In this document: piece after piece, positions 53,572 to 63,092 of the stretch
How positions within the stretch are numbered: the stretch's first letter is position 1
How the letters are laid out: each line of letters starts with the position of its first letter
Assembly: GCA_965218585.1 (NCBI GenBank)
Contig: CBDCLE010000024.1
Coordinates: 192,001 to 256,000, forward strand
Direction of reading: 5' to 3'
From: Terriglobia bacterium
GTDB lineage: Bacteria > Acidobacteriota > Terriglobia > 20CM-2-55-15
Length of the DNA stretch: 64,000 nucleotides
Notes under the pieces: model-generated
What the model was told of the DNA's origin: nothing
The model's input: the letters and a program-made list of their open reading frames with translations, nothing else
Database searches by the model: none
Translations under genes and position numbers: made by a program

Positions 53572-54979
53572 AGTATTTTCCGATTTCGTTGAACGTGAAG
53601 AGCCGGGACGTGACGGTGATCGGGGGTGGTCTGATCGCCGAGCAACGGGTCGAGACGTTGCTCGAGTGTGAGGCGCGCGTGAAGGTCATCAGCCCGGAGG
53701 TGACGGAAAGGCTAAAGTCTCTTGCCGAGGACGGTTCCATTCGCGTTCAGTTGCGCGGCTACGCGCCCGGGGATCTTGACGGCGCGTGGGTGGCGCTGGC
53801 TGCCGCCGATGATTCATCTGTCAATGACGCAGCCTGGGGTGAGGCGCGAGAGCGTGACATTCCTATCAATGTGGCGGACGATGCTTCCCGGTGTGATTTC
53901 ATCATGCCCGCGCTCGTGCGCCGAGGCGATCTGACAATTGCGATATCCACGGGTGGCACGAGCCCTGCTCTGGCAGCTCGATTGCGGCGCCGTATATCCG
54001 CGATCGTGGGACCCGAATACGGGAAGCTGCTCCGGGTCTTGAGCCGCGTTCGGTCCCGGCTGAAACAGTCGGTGCCCGACGATGAAGAACGCAAGAAACT
54101 GCACTACCGGATCGTGGATTCGAAGATCCTTGGGAGAATACTCGAATCAGAACGCGAGATAGTCGATTCCGAGATCGATGAAATCATCAGGGATGCTTCC
54201 CGAACAGAACCCGAGGCAGAAGGTGTTGTGTATATCGTCGGCGCCGGTCCAGGGGACCCGGGTCTGATCACCTGGCGCGGTCTGGAGTGTGTGCGCCATG
54301 CCGATGTGATCTTGCACGATCGTCTCACGGACCCACGCCTGCTGGAGGAGTCGGGTCCGGGTGCAGAGGTCATCGACGTCGGAAAACGCGCCGGAGATCG
54401 CGGCCGCATGCAGGATTTCATCCATGAAACGATGGTCGAGCGGGCTCGGCGTGGTCAGATAGTCTGTCGTCTGAAAGGGGGAGATCCTTTTGTATTTGGG
54501 CGGGGCGGGGAAGAGGCGATGGCGTTGACCGGGGCCGACGTTCCCTTTGAAATCATACCCGGAGTGACCAGTGCGATCGCAGCGCCGGCTGCTGCCGGAA
54601 TACCGTCACGCACCGTGGTGCGGCGCATTCTTTCATGGTGATGACAGGTTCCCGGGCCGACGATGCCAGTCCCGAGGAATGGGCGGGAGCGGGAAGCATT
54701 CTTGCGGGAGGAGGAACGTTGGTGGTCCTGATGGGGCTGTCCCGTCTGGATGTCATCGTGAAACGGCTCAGTGAAGCTGGTTGTTCAGGTGAGACGCCTG
54801 CTGCTGTGATTTCTCGTGGAGCCTGGACCGAACAGGATGTTCGTATCGGGACACTGGAAGACATCAAGACTCGATCGGGAGGAATCGCGTCGCCCGCGGT
54901 AATCGTTTTCGGTGTGACCATCGAGGAGAGAGGCCGGCTCCGAGAGGTACGTGCCGCTATGTCGAACAGAAAAGCGTGA
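53565..54979 (+). CDS. cysG: Siroheme synthase, frameshifted near 54603-54605
   Basis: IAISTGGTSPALA, VGAGPGDPGL, RLKGGDPFVFGRGGEE; adding 1 nt restores GIPVTHRG and joins ORF 54635..54979. Confidence 0.9.
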
Positions 54980-54993
54980 GGCGGAACCGAGTC

Positions 54994-55275
54994 TTAGATT
55001 CGCCCGCCGGAGATCGCTGGAATAATCGCAACTTCCGCTCCTGTTGGAACCTTTGTCTTCAGGTCGTCCAGGAAACGTACATCTTCGCCATCGACGTAGA
55101 TGTTGAAGAAGCGTCTTAATTCTCCCGTGTCTTCACACAGGCGGTCTTTGAGCCCCGGATATTTCTGATCCAACTCATCGAGAATGTCCGAGATCGTCTC
55201 GGCCTGGACATCGATCTGGGAATCCTCTGCGGTGAAATGCCTGAGGGGTGTAGGGATGGTGACCCGAGTCGTCAT
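54994..55275 (-). CDS. MoaD/ThiS-family sulfur carrier (CysO-like)
   Basis: VTIPTPLR, NIYVDGEDVRFL, C-terminal ISGGRI. Confidence 0.92.
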   Translation of the reverse strand: MTTRVTIPTPLRHFTAEDSQIDVQAETISDILDELDQKYPGLKDRLCEDTGELRRFFNIYVDGEDVRFLDDLKTKVPTGAEVAIIPAISGGRI

Positions 55276-55300
55276 CGAATTCCTCCGTTCTTAATTTGAC

Positions 55301-56539
55301 TTACGCGGTTAGGCCCAGTTCGTTCACGGCAGCATCGAATGCTCCAAGTTTTGCTTCGATCACTCTTGGAGACTGAAGGTTTAGAGCATCTTGCGTCTTC
55401 AGGCCGTTTCCGGTGATCGCAATAACTGTCTGGTCATGAGGCTTTATCTTTCCCTGTGCAACAAGTTTTCGAGTCACTCCTAGAGCGACTCCCCCGGCAG
55501 TTTCGGTGAAGATGCCTTCGGTTTCAGCCAGCAATTGAATGTTTTCGACTATCTCTTCGTCTGTAACGTCTTCGCCCCACCCACCTGAAGTGGTCATGAT
55601 TTCTGCTGCATAGTATCCGTCTGCGGGCGACCCAATTGCGAGTGACTTGGCGATAGTCGCCGGTTTTACGGGTCGAATGTTCCGGGTTCCGTTTTTGACT
55701 GCTGCCGTTATTGGATTGCAGCCGGTTGCCTGAGCACCGTAAAGCTTGGTTTGAACCGGTGCCTCCAGCAATCCCAGGTTTTCGAATTCTTTCATTCCCA
55801 TGTGAATTTTCGTAATCAGGGATCCTCCGGCCATGGGGACAACGACCGCGTCGGGCGCGCGCCATCCGAGCTGCTCGGCGATTTCGTACCCGAACGACTT
55901 TGACCCGTCACCATAGTAAGGCCGCAGGTTGACGTTGACGAACCCCCAGCCATAACTGTCGGCAACCTGGCTACAGAGGCGGTTGACGTCGTCGTAGTTG
56001 CCGGCAACGGCGATGACGTGGGAGCCATATATAGAAGTAGCGATGACCTTGGCTGTCTCCAGATCCTCAGGAATCAATATCCAGGCGGGCAGTCCGGCTG
56101 CGGCGGCATTAGCCGCGACTGAATTTGCGAGGTTTCCGGTGGAAGCACAGCCGACGGCAGGTAGTCCGAATTCCAGAGCCTTGTTGATCGCGACGGCGGT
56201 GACGCGGTCTTTAAAAGACAGTGTCGGGAAGTTTACGCCCTCGTTCTTGATGTAAAGCTCATCGATGCCGATTTCACGTCCCAGTCGCTGGGCATGAACC
56301 AGAGGTGTGCCTCCCGTCGCCAGTCCGATCTGAGGGTCGTCGTCAATCGGCAGCAGTTCGCGGTAACGCCAGATGGAATTGTCGCGCGAGCGGATGACCT
56401 CTCGCGTTAAGACCCTACCGATTGCTTCGTAGTCGTATTCGACCTTGAGAGGGGCGAAACACTCCTGACACCCGGCAATCGGGGTCTTAGGGTACTGATG
56501 GCCGCATTCTCGACAGCTTAGCCCCGTAACGAAGCTCAT
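55301..56539 (-). CDS. thrC: Threonine synthase-like PLP enzyme
   Basis: CxxC..CxxC N-terminus, PTLSFKDR, ASTGNLA, ITGNGLKT. Confidence 0.88.
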   Translation of the reverse strand: MSFVTGLSCRECGHQYPKTPIAGCQECFAPLKVEYDYEAIGRVLTREVIRSRDNSIWRYRELLPIDDDPQIGLATGGTPLVHAQRLGREIGIDELYIKNEGVNFPTLSFKDRVTAVAINKALEFGLPAVGCASTGNLANSVAANAAAAGLPAWILIPEDLETAKVIATSIYGSHVIAVAGNYDDVNRLCSQVADSYGWGFVNVNLRPYYGDGSKSFGYEIAEQLGWRAPDAVVVPMAGGSLITKIHMGMKEFENLGLLEAPVQTKLYGAQATGCNPITAAVKNGTRNIRPVKPATIAKSLAIGSPADGYYAAEIMTTSGGWGEDVTDEEIVENIQLLAETEGIFTETAGGVALGVTRKLVAQGKIKPHDQTVIAITGNGLKTQDALNLQSPRVIEAKLGAFDAAVNELGLTA

Positions 56540-56576
56540 TCATCTCTCCTGGGCGCGTACCAGCGGGTTCCACAAT

Positions 56577-56614
56577 AAAAAAAGAACCCCGCGCCATACA
56601 GCACGGGGTTCTTT
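56577..56614 (-). terminator. Intrinsic terminator after the downstream aptamer
   Basis: aaagaaccccgtgc..gcgcggggttcttt followed by a U-run. Confidence 0.88.
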
Positions 56615-56628
56615 CGAAATCCGCCGGA

Positions 56629-56677
56629 CTGTTTAGCACATTTTTAACGTGGAGCAATTTGTCTTTAAATCGCCACG
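56629..56677 (-). ncRNA. SAM-II-like riboswitch aptamer 2
   Basis: CGUGG-CGAUUU-AAAGACAA-AUUGC-U-CCACG-UUAAAAAUGU-GCUAAACAG fits the SAM-II pattern GAUUU..UUGC..GCUAAA. Confidence 0.78.
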
Positions 56678-56688
56678 CTGCCCATACT

Positions 56689-56717
56689 AAAAACCCTACG
56701 CCAACGGCGCAGGGCTT
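56689..56717 (-). terminator. Intrinsic terminator after the upstream aptamer
   Basis: aagccctgcgcc gtt ggcgtagggttttt. Confidence 0.8.
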
Positions 56718-56733
56718 CAGTGGGACACCTGAG

Positions 56734-56780
56734 CTGTTTAGCACATTTTTAACGTGGAGCAATTTGCGTAAATCACCACG
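56734..56780 (-). ncRNA. SAM-II-like riboswitch aptamer 1
   Basis: CGUGG-UGAUUU-ACGCAA-AUUGC-U-CCACG-UUAAAAAUGU-GCUAAACAG. Confidence 0.8.
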
Positions 56781-56862
56781 CCTAACCAGCCCAGTGAGAA
56801 TAGCCCGGTGCAGTCTGCACCGTCAACTTATCTTTTCGTCGGACCCCGCGAAGAAAGTGGCG

Positions 56863-56950
56863 AAAAAGTGGGGACAGGTCACTCTTTTTGCGTCTGTGCC
56901 GCACTCGAAGACGAAGAGCGGGCAAAAAGAGTGACCTGTCCCCACTTTTT
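56863..56950. repeat. Perfect 29-bp inverted repeat (GGGGACAG/CTGTCCCC type)
   Basis: aaaaagtggggacaggtcactctttttgc-N30-gcaaaaagagtgacctgtccccacttttt. Confidence 0.9.
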
Positions 56951-57055
56951 TAAAGACGCCGGCTTCCAGGCTGAAGGGCTATCATAAAGATAGGACGGAA
57001 AGGGGTTTAGATCGTTGTTGAAGGCTGCAAGGACGCAAGAAGTGGGGGTTCTGTA

Positions 57056-58978
57056 GTGGGCGAGTTGATGGTCAAGCGCTTGAAGACCGACCAGCTGAGG
57101 CACTTCGCCAAGACGCTTTTACGTGATGTGCGGGCCCTGGAGCGAATGCTTTCGGAAGGCTTGATCCAGTCGGGCCAGCGCCGGATAGGCTGTGAACAGG
57201 AAATGTTTCTCGTCGACAGGGCGTGGCGGCCGTTTCCGGTAGCGCTGGAGATACTCGACCGGCTGGGGGATGCACATTTCACGACCGAACTCGGGCGCTT
57301 CAATCTGGAAGCGAATCTCGACCCTCAGGCGTTCGAAGGGGACTGCCTGTCGCGGATGGAAGCAGATCTTCTGGCCAAGCTTGCCGCCGTACGCGAGGTT
57401 GCCCATGGGATGGGCGGAGAGATCGTTCTGACGGGTATTCTTCCAACGCTGCGGAAGTCGGACCTCGTTCTTGACAACCTGACTCCCAAGCCACGTTATT
57501 ACGCGCTCAACGAAGCCATGAATCAACTTCGTGGCGGCGATTATGAGTTTAGGTTGCGGGCTTCGGATGAACTCATCGTCAAACAGGATTCCGTCATGCT
57601 GGAATCCTGCTGCACCAGTTTTCAGATCCACTATCAAACCGATCCGGAAGATTTTGTCCAGCTCTACAATGGGGCGCAGGCGTTCACAGCGCCGCTTCTT
57701 GCAGCAGCTGTCAACTCTCCGATGCTGTTCGGCCGGCGTCTGTGGTTCGAAACCCGCGTACCTCTGTTTCAGCAGGCTATCGATACGCGCCGAGCAACGG
57801 CATCACTGAGAGAGCGTTCGTCGCGCGTAAGTTTTGGGGAACGTTGGTTGGAAGGTTCTGTTGTGGAGTTGTTCCGTGAAGACATTGCCCGATTCCGCAT
57901 TCTGCTGGGTGTTGAAGTCGACGAAGATTCACTTGCCACCCTCAAACAGGGGGAGATTCCCGATTTGAGGGCACTTCAGGTACACAACGGAACAGTTTAT
58001 CGATGGAACCGCGCCTGTTACGGCTCGAACGGCACGACGCCGCACCTAAGGATTGAAAATCGTGTTCTGCCCTCAGGTCCGACAGTTCTGGATGAGGTGG
58101 CAAACGCTGCGCTGTTCTTCGGACTGATGCATGCCATGCCTGACGCATACCCGAACCTCTCCAATGTGATGGATTTTGACGATGCACACGTGAACCTCAT
58201 GGTTGCCGCACAGACGGGATTGAAAGCGCGCTTTCGGTGGATTCACGGAAGAGCCATATCCGCAGGGGATCTGATCCTCGAAGAGTTGTTGCCGATTGCA
58301 CGGGAGGGTTTGAAGTCTGGGGGAATCACCCAGGCTGATGTAGACCGGTATCTGGGCGTCATTGAAGAACGGGTGTCGGCGGGCCGAACCGGAGCACAGT
58401 GGATGTTGAAGTCGTTTGCCGACACTCGGGGGCTTCGTCGGGATGCTGCGCTCACGGCTTTGACGGCGGCGACAGTCCAGCGACAGTGGAGTGGAGAGCC
58501 GGGCTATCGGTGGAAGCCTGCAACATTGGAGGAAGGTATGACCCTCGAACGCCAGAAATTGCGGATCGAAGAATCGATGAGCACAGATCTGTTTACGATT
58601 CATCCGGACGAACCCATCGACCTAGTGACGAATCTGATGGACTGGAAGCGCATTCGCCACGTTCCCGTTGAAGATGACGACGGACGGTTAGTGGGACTCG
58701 TGTCTTATTCTGAGGTGCTCCGATACTTCAACCAGGGTGGAAAGGAAGAAGGCCTTCCGGTATCTGCGGATTCTATTATGGATCCTGAACCAGTGACCGT
58801 ATCACCGGAAACACCGGTGTTGGATGCGATCTCGTTGATGACCGAAAAGAAAGCTGATTGTCTGCTTGTGGTCAAGGATGAGCGGCTTGTGGGGATTGTG
58901 ACCGAACATGACGTGCTGAGTCTGGCAGCGCACCTTCTCGCTGAAGGCCAGAATGGTGCCGGGGTTCGGAACGGATGA
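57056..58978 (+). CDS. Glutamate--cysteine ligase (GCS2-like) protein with C-terminal CBS pair
   Basis: IGCEQEM, TELGRFNLE, SFQIH, NSPMLFG, HLRIENR, CBS motifs. Confidence 0.88.
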   Translation: MGELMVKRLKTDQLRHFAKTLLRDVRALERMLSEGLIQSGQRRIGCEQEMFLVDRAWRPFPVALEILDRLGDAHFTTELGRFNLEANLDPQAFEGDCLSRMEADLLAKLAAVREVAHGMGGEIVLTGILPTLRKSDLVLDNLTPKPRYYALNEAMNQLRGGDYEFRLRASDELIVKQDSVMLESCCTSFQIHYQTDPEDFVQLYNGAQAFTAPLLAAAVNSPMLFGRRLWFETRVPLFQQAIDTRRATASLRERSSRVSFGERWLEGSVVELFREDIARFRILLGVEVDEDSLATLKQGEIPDLRALQVHNGTVYRWNRACYGSNGTTPHLRIENRVLPSGPTVLDEVANAALFFGLMHAMPDAYPNLSNVMDFDDAHVNLMVAAQTGLKARFRWIHGRAISAGDLILEELLPIAREGLKSGGITQADVDRYLGVIEERVSAGRTGAQWMLKSFADTRGLRRDAALTALTAATVQRQWSGEPGYRWKPATLEEGMTLERQKLRIEESMSTDLFTIHPDEPIDLVTNLMDWKRIRHVPVEDDDGRLVGLVSYSEVLRYFNQGGKEEGLPVSADSIMDPEPVTVSPETPVLDAISLMTEKKADCLLVVKDERLVGIVTEHDVLSLAAHLLAEGQNGAGVRNG

Positions 58979-60129
58979 CCTTGCGAGTGGACGACCGGGT
59001 GATCGGGCGATGGGGCGACTCGGTGACCGGCCCTCTTGTTATTGCGATTGCCGGATTGCACGGTAACGAGCCCGCCGGAGTTACTTCCGCATGGCGGGTT
59101 CTGGGCAAGCTTGCGGAATATTCACCGGCGTTTTCGGGAAGGCTGCTGATCCTGGCGGGTAACCTACCGGCTCTGGCTCATGGTCACAGGTTTGTCGATG
59201 AAGATCTGAACCGTATCTGGTTTCCGGAGCGGCTTCGCGAAGAGGATTTCCGAATCCATCCTCCCGGAACAGTAGAAGAAGCGGAGCAGCGGGAAATGCT
59301 GCACGAGATCAATCGGGTGCTGGATGGTTTCAATGGAACGGCCTACTTCCTGGATCTCCACACGACGTCGGCTTCGGGAGCGCCGTTTTCCGTCTTGGCC
59401 GACACGCTGTCCAACCGCGAACTTGCAGAAAGACTACCCGGCACGATGGTTCTCGGTCTGGAAGAACACCTCGACGGGACCCTACTCAACTACGTGAATG
59501 ATCTGGGGCATGTTGCGATTGGTTTTGAAGGAGGCGAGCACGATTCCCCCGACTCGCTCGAGGCCCAGGAGTTGGCGGTGTGGGAGACACTGGTTCTGGC
59601 CGGATGCGTTCGCCATTGGGAGGTGCCCGGCCTAGATCTGCTGATCGAAACTGTGGAAGCGCGGGCCAAGGGAACGCCAAGGGTTGTTGAAATCAGGCAC
59701 AGGCATCATGTCGTGCCGGACGATGATTTCGAGATGAAGGCCGGATTTCGGAACCTGCAACCGATCGGCCATAGCCAGGTGTTAGCCAGGGACCGGAACG
59801 GAGAGATATTGGCCACCGAAGACGGGCGGATACTGATGCCTCTGTATCAAAGTCAGGGCAGCGACGGATTTTTCATCGTTCGCGAGGTCCGTTCATTCTG
59901 GTTGGCCCTGGCTGTCTGGATGAGGAGGTTCCGCTTAGACAGGCTTCTCCCTCTCATGCCCGGAGTGGCGCCACACCCGGGGGCCGCGGACAGCTTCGTG
60001 ATCAATAACAGGGTCGCCCGTTGGTTCGTCGTTGAGGTATGTCACCTGCTGGGCTTTCGCCGGAAACGCCTCGAAGGCGGGCAGCTGATCGTCAGCCGCC
60101 GTAGAGAGGCGCCCGTGAGAAGTGCCTGA
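58975..60129 (+). CDS. Succinylglutamate desuccinylase/aspartoacylase (AstE, M14-like) family
   Basis: LHGNEPAG, DLNRIW, LDLHTT, FEGGEH. Confidence 0.9.
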   Translation: MTLRVDDRVIGRWGDSVTGPLVIAIAGLHGNEPAGVTSAWRVLGKLAEYSPAFSGRLLILAGNLPALAHGHRFVDEDLNRIWFPERLREEDFRIHPPGTVEEAEQREMLHEINRVLDGFNGTAYFLDLHTTSASGAPFSVLADTLSNRELAERLPGTMVLGLEEHLDGTLLNYVNDLGHVAIGFEGGEHDSPDSLEAQELAVWETLVLAGCVRHWEVPGLDLLIETVEARAKGTPRVVEIRHRHHVVPDDDFEMKAGFRNLQPIGHSQVLARDRNGEILATEDGRILMPLYQSQGSDGFFIVREVRSFWLALAVWMRRFRLDRLLPLMPGVAPHPGAADSFVINNRVARWFVVEVCHLLGFRRKRLEGGQLIVSRRREAPVRSA

Positions 60130-60298
60130 GTGCTCCCGCCGCCTAAAAGAGTACGGAACAATCTGAGGAAATGCCCTTGGGCCCGCAGTCAGGAAACTGC
60201 GGGCGGCGAGGCCGCTCGGTCAGGATGACCGTCTGAGCGGCCGCTGCAAGTCTTCGTCAGCAGTCGAGGGGAAGAGTCTATCGGGGGTCGGGATAGAC

Positions 60299-60985
60299 CT
60301 ACGTTTCCTCATCCGTTTCAGCCCGAAATCCGATGCGTTCGAAAGGATTAAAGATGCTCGAAGCAATGTTCATGAGGTGTGCCGCAATCCGTTTAAGGTA
60401 TCGCGTGTAAAGGGCAGTCGCTACTGCGTCAGTCGGCGTGATGTCCGGGTCTGGAGAGCCGATTAGTTCAGTGACGATTTCGTCGCACTTTCGAAGAATC
60501 CACCAATGACCTTCCATCAGCTGGCGGGCTCCTTCGGCGTTTGAGGACTTGAGCATGGGAAGGATTTGTTCGTATACCTCTCCCACGCCCGTTTCGATTT
60601 TAATAAGATCCGTTTCGTAGCGGCCGGCTGTCAGGCGGGTCGGGTGATGGGAGGCAAGATCCTTGATGTTCTTGGTGTAGTCTCCAATCCGTTCGATGTC
60701 GATCACGATACTCGTCAGGATCAGTCCCGGAATCACGTTGGTTCCACCGGTAATCGCCAGGTGCTTTAGCACCTTTCGCCGCACGTCCTGTTCGTATTGA
60801 TTGATTTTTTGATCCATCGCATAGATGTCGATATCGACCTCAGCGGAATCGCTCTGGCGCAACGACTGAACGGAGGCGGCAAACATCTTGCTCGTGTTGT
60901 CCAGCATCACGTGGGATTCTTCCAGCGCCTGTGTCATCGAGTTTGCTGTGCGCCACAGTTCGATCAATTCTTTGAATCGGAGCAT
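60299..60985 (-). CDS. PhoU-domain protein
   Basis: DIERIGDY, RYLKRIAAH. Confidence 0.88.
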   Translation of the reverse strand: MLRFKELIELWRTANSMTQALEESHVMLDNTSKMFAASVQSLRQSDSAEVDIDIYAMDQKINQYEQDVRRKVLKHLAITGGTNVIPGLILTSIVIDIERIGDYTKNIKDLASHHPTRLTAGRYETDLIKIETGVGEVYEQILPMLKSSNAEGARQLMEGHWWILRKCDEIVTELIGSPDPDITPTDAVATALYTRYLKRIAAHLMNIASSIFNPFERIGFRAETDEET

Positions 60986-60992
60986 TCCTAGG

Positions 60993-62090
60993 TCACCCCA
61001 TCAGATAGATTAGAGTCAGCGGTATCAGAAAAAACATCGCCGCGACATAGACAAACGGAATCAGTCTCGAGCGTATCGCTAAATCCGCCATCATGTTTGC
61101 ACAATAGAGCGGAATCGAGCGTATCGGCCAGACGATCGCGATACCGAATACATTAAAGAGAACATGCGCGAACGCTACCGTCACGGCAGCGGAGTTCCCT
61201 GTGACCAGGGCTGCCAGCATTGCCGTAATAGTTGTTCCCAGGTTCGCTCCCAGAGTCATCGGGAAGATCTGACGAAGAGTCAGGATGCCGGCGCCAGCCA
61301 ACGGCACAGCAAGTGACGTTGCAATCGAACTGCTTTGAACCATGATTGTCAGGACAACACCGAAGAGGAACGCACGAGTTGCGGTCCTGAAGAGAATCGT
61401 ATCGAAAAAGGCTTCGACGCGCGCGACTACAAGAGCTTTCAAGTTGATGATGATATAGCGAAGCGCAAGAAAGAGGAGCACGATTGATATCAGCAGCATC
61501 ACCGTCCCGGACTCGCCCGCCGCCGCGGCGATGAAGGCGGCCATCGGATCGACGATCAATTTGATCGGGTTAACGAGGGTAAAGCCTCCGGAATTCCGGA
61601 GCCAGCCTTCAAGAACTGTCGACAGGCGCCCCAGGAAATTTGTCGTGAGCTGGAGAGGGAACAGGATCAATACGGCCAGGATATTGAAGAAATCGTGCAC
61701 GGTCGCAGCGGCGAAAGCGCGGCGGAACTCTGAGGGGCGCGACACGTGACCCAACGACACCAGGGTATTTGTTACGCTGGTTCCGATATTGGCTCCGATG
61801 ATGATCGGTATGGCTCCGGGAACCGTCAGCGCCCCCCCGGCAACGAGGCCCACGGTCATCGACGTCGTCGTTGATGAGCTCTGCACAAGGCTTGTGGCCA
61901 GGACACCGATAAAGATCCCGACAAAAGGATTTGATGTCGTTGTCAGCAATTGTTCGGCGAATCCCTGTCCGAAGAACTGAAAAGAATCACCCATCAAGGC
62001 GATGCTCACAAAGAACGCATACATCAGCAGGAGAAGCAGTCCGAGCCGGACCAGGCGTGGGACGTCTTTCTTATCTAGGGTCGATGACAC
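60993..62090 (-). CDS. Na+/Pi symporter (NptA/SLC34-like)
   Basis: Two QSSS motifs, GANIGT / GANLGTT. Confidence 0.93.
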   Translation of the reverse strand: MSSTLDKKDVPRLVRLGLLLLLMYAFFVSIALMGDSFQFFGQGFAEQLLTTTSNPFVGIFIGVLATSLVQSSSTTTSMTVGLVAGGALTVPGAIPIIIGANIGTSVTNTLVSLGHVSRPSEFRRAFAAATVHDFFNILAVLILFPLQLTTNFLGRLSTVLEGWLRNSGGFTLVNPIKLIVDPMAAFIAAAAGESGTVMLLISIVLLFLALRYIIINLKALVVARVEAFFDTILFRTATRAFLFGVVLTIMVQSSSIATSLAVPLAGAGILTLRQIFPMTLGANLGTTITAMLAALVTGNSAAVTVAFAHVLFNVFGIAIVWPIRSIPLYCANMMADLAIRSRLIPFVYVAAMFFLIPLTLIYLMG

Positions 62091-62251
62091 CGGTGATAAA
62101 CGCCCTCTTAATTAGGTTCCGTTTCGCTCGTGCGGATCGTCTGGAAGTCCACAGTGATAGTTGATCCCTACGGGGGAGTCAACCATATTTCTGACCATGT
62201 TAACGGGGGTGTTCCCAAGAGTGGTCCACGCACCTGGCGGAGAGGGATCTG

Positions 62252-63076
62252 ATGGGTTTCGCCGAGTGGCTCAGCCTTGTATTTTTCGGTTCGCTTACAG
62301 GTCTGGCGTGCGGGATTTGGATTGAACCCAAGCGTCGCCGACAAGCTGTCGGGCTTGGTTTTTTGGGAACATCGGCGACGCTTTTTCCTCTGCTCCTGGT
62401 CCGAATTGTTGATTCGGAGTGGGCCGCTGTATTTCGCGACTGGATGCCTGCATTGCTCCTGCTGTTAGCGTATTGGCAGGCGGGCCGATTTTTCGTCGGA
62501 CCGAACAAGGAGTTGCAGAACAGGTTGCGAAAGATTGACGAAAGCTTCGGAGAGCGCCTGAGGCTGCTTCGAGCGTTTAGCGAGTGGGTCTGGATCGGGC
62601 GGATTCTGGAGCTGGCGTACCTTCTCGCCTACCCCATCGTTCCACTGGCCCTGGCCTTCCTTTACCTGTCTGGCCTGTCTCACCGTACCGATTATTTCTG
62701 GGCGGTGGTGTTGGGAGCTACATATCCGTGCTACGGCGCTCCCGCATTCTTCCCGACCCTGCCGCCACGCTTCAAGGACGGAGCCATGGTGGATACTCTT
62801 CGAGCAAGAAATGGAGTCTCGAGAAAGCTGAACTTGTGGATATTGGATCGTTTCGGGATTGGAGCCAATACTTTCCCGAGTGGTCACGTTGCCGCGACGT
62901 CGGCATGTGCACTTGTCCTCTTACGCGAAATACCGCAGACAGGCATCCTGTTTGTGATCCTCGCGATAAGTGTCGCCTTGAGTGTCGTCGTCAGGCGCTA
63001 TCACTATGTCCTGGATGCTGTTCTGGGGATTCTTTGGGCTACAGCGGTGTGGTTCTTTGTCGGGATCGTTTTCTGA
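62252..63076 (+). CDS. PAP2-family membrane phosphatase
   Basis: PPRF, FPSGHV, RYHYVLD. Confidence 0.9.
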   Translation: MGFAEWLSLVFFGSLTGLACGIWIEPKRRRQAVGLGFLGTSATLFPLLLVRIVDSEWAAVFRDWMPALLLLLAYWQAGRFFVGPNKELQNRLRKIDESFGERLRLLRAFSEWVWIGRILELAYLLAYPIVPLALAFLYLSGLSHRTDYFWAVVLGATYPCYGAPAFFPTLPPRFKDGAMVDTLRARNGVSRKLNLWILDRFGIGANTFPSGHVAATSACALVLLREIPQTGILFVILAISVALSVVVRRYHYVLDAVLGILWATAVWFFVGIVF

Positions 63077-63092
63077 TATAGACAGACTTCTT

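Noticed and set aside
56629-56780. Met-Cys-stop mini-ORF (ATGTGCTAA) as a cysteine attenuator
   Set aside because: It coincides with the SAM-II AUGU-GCUAAA strand and has no RBS; the riboswitch explains it better.
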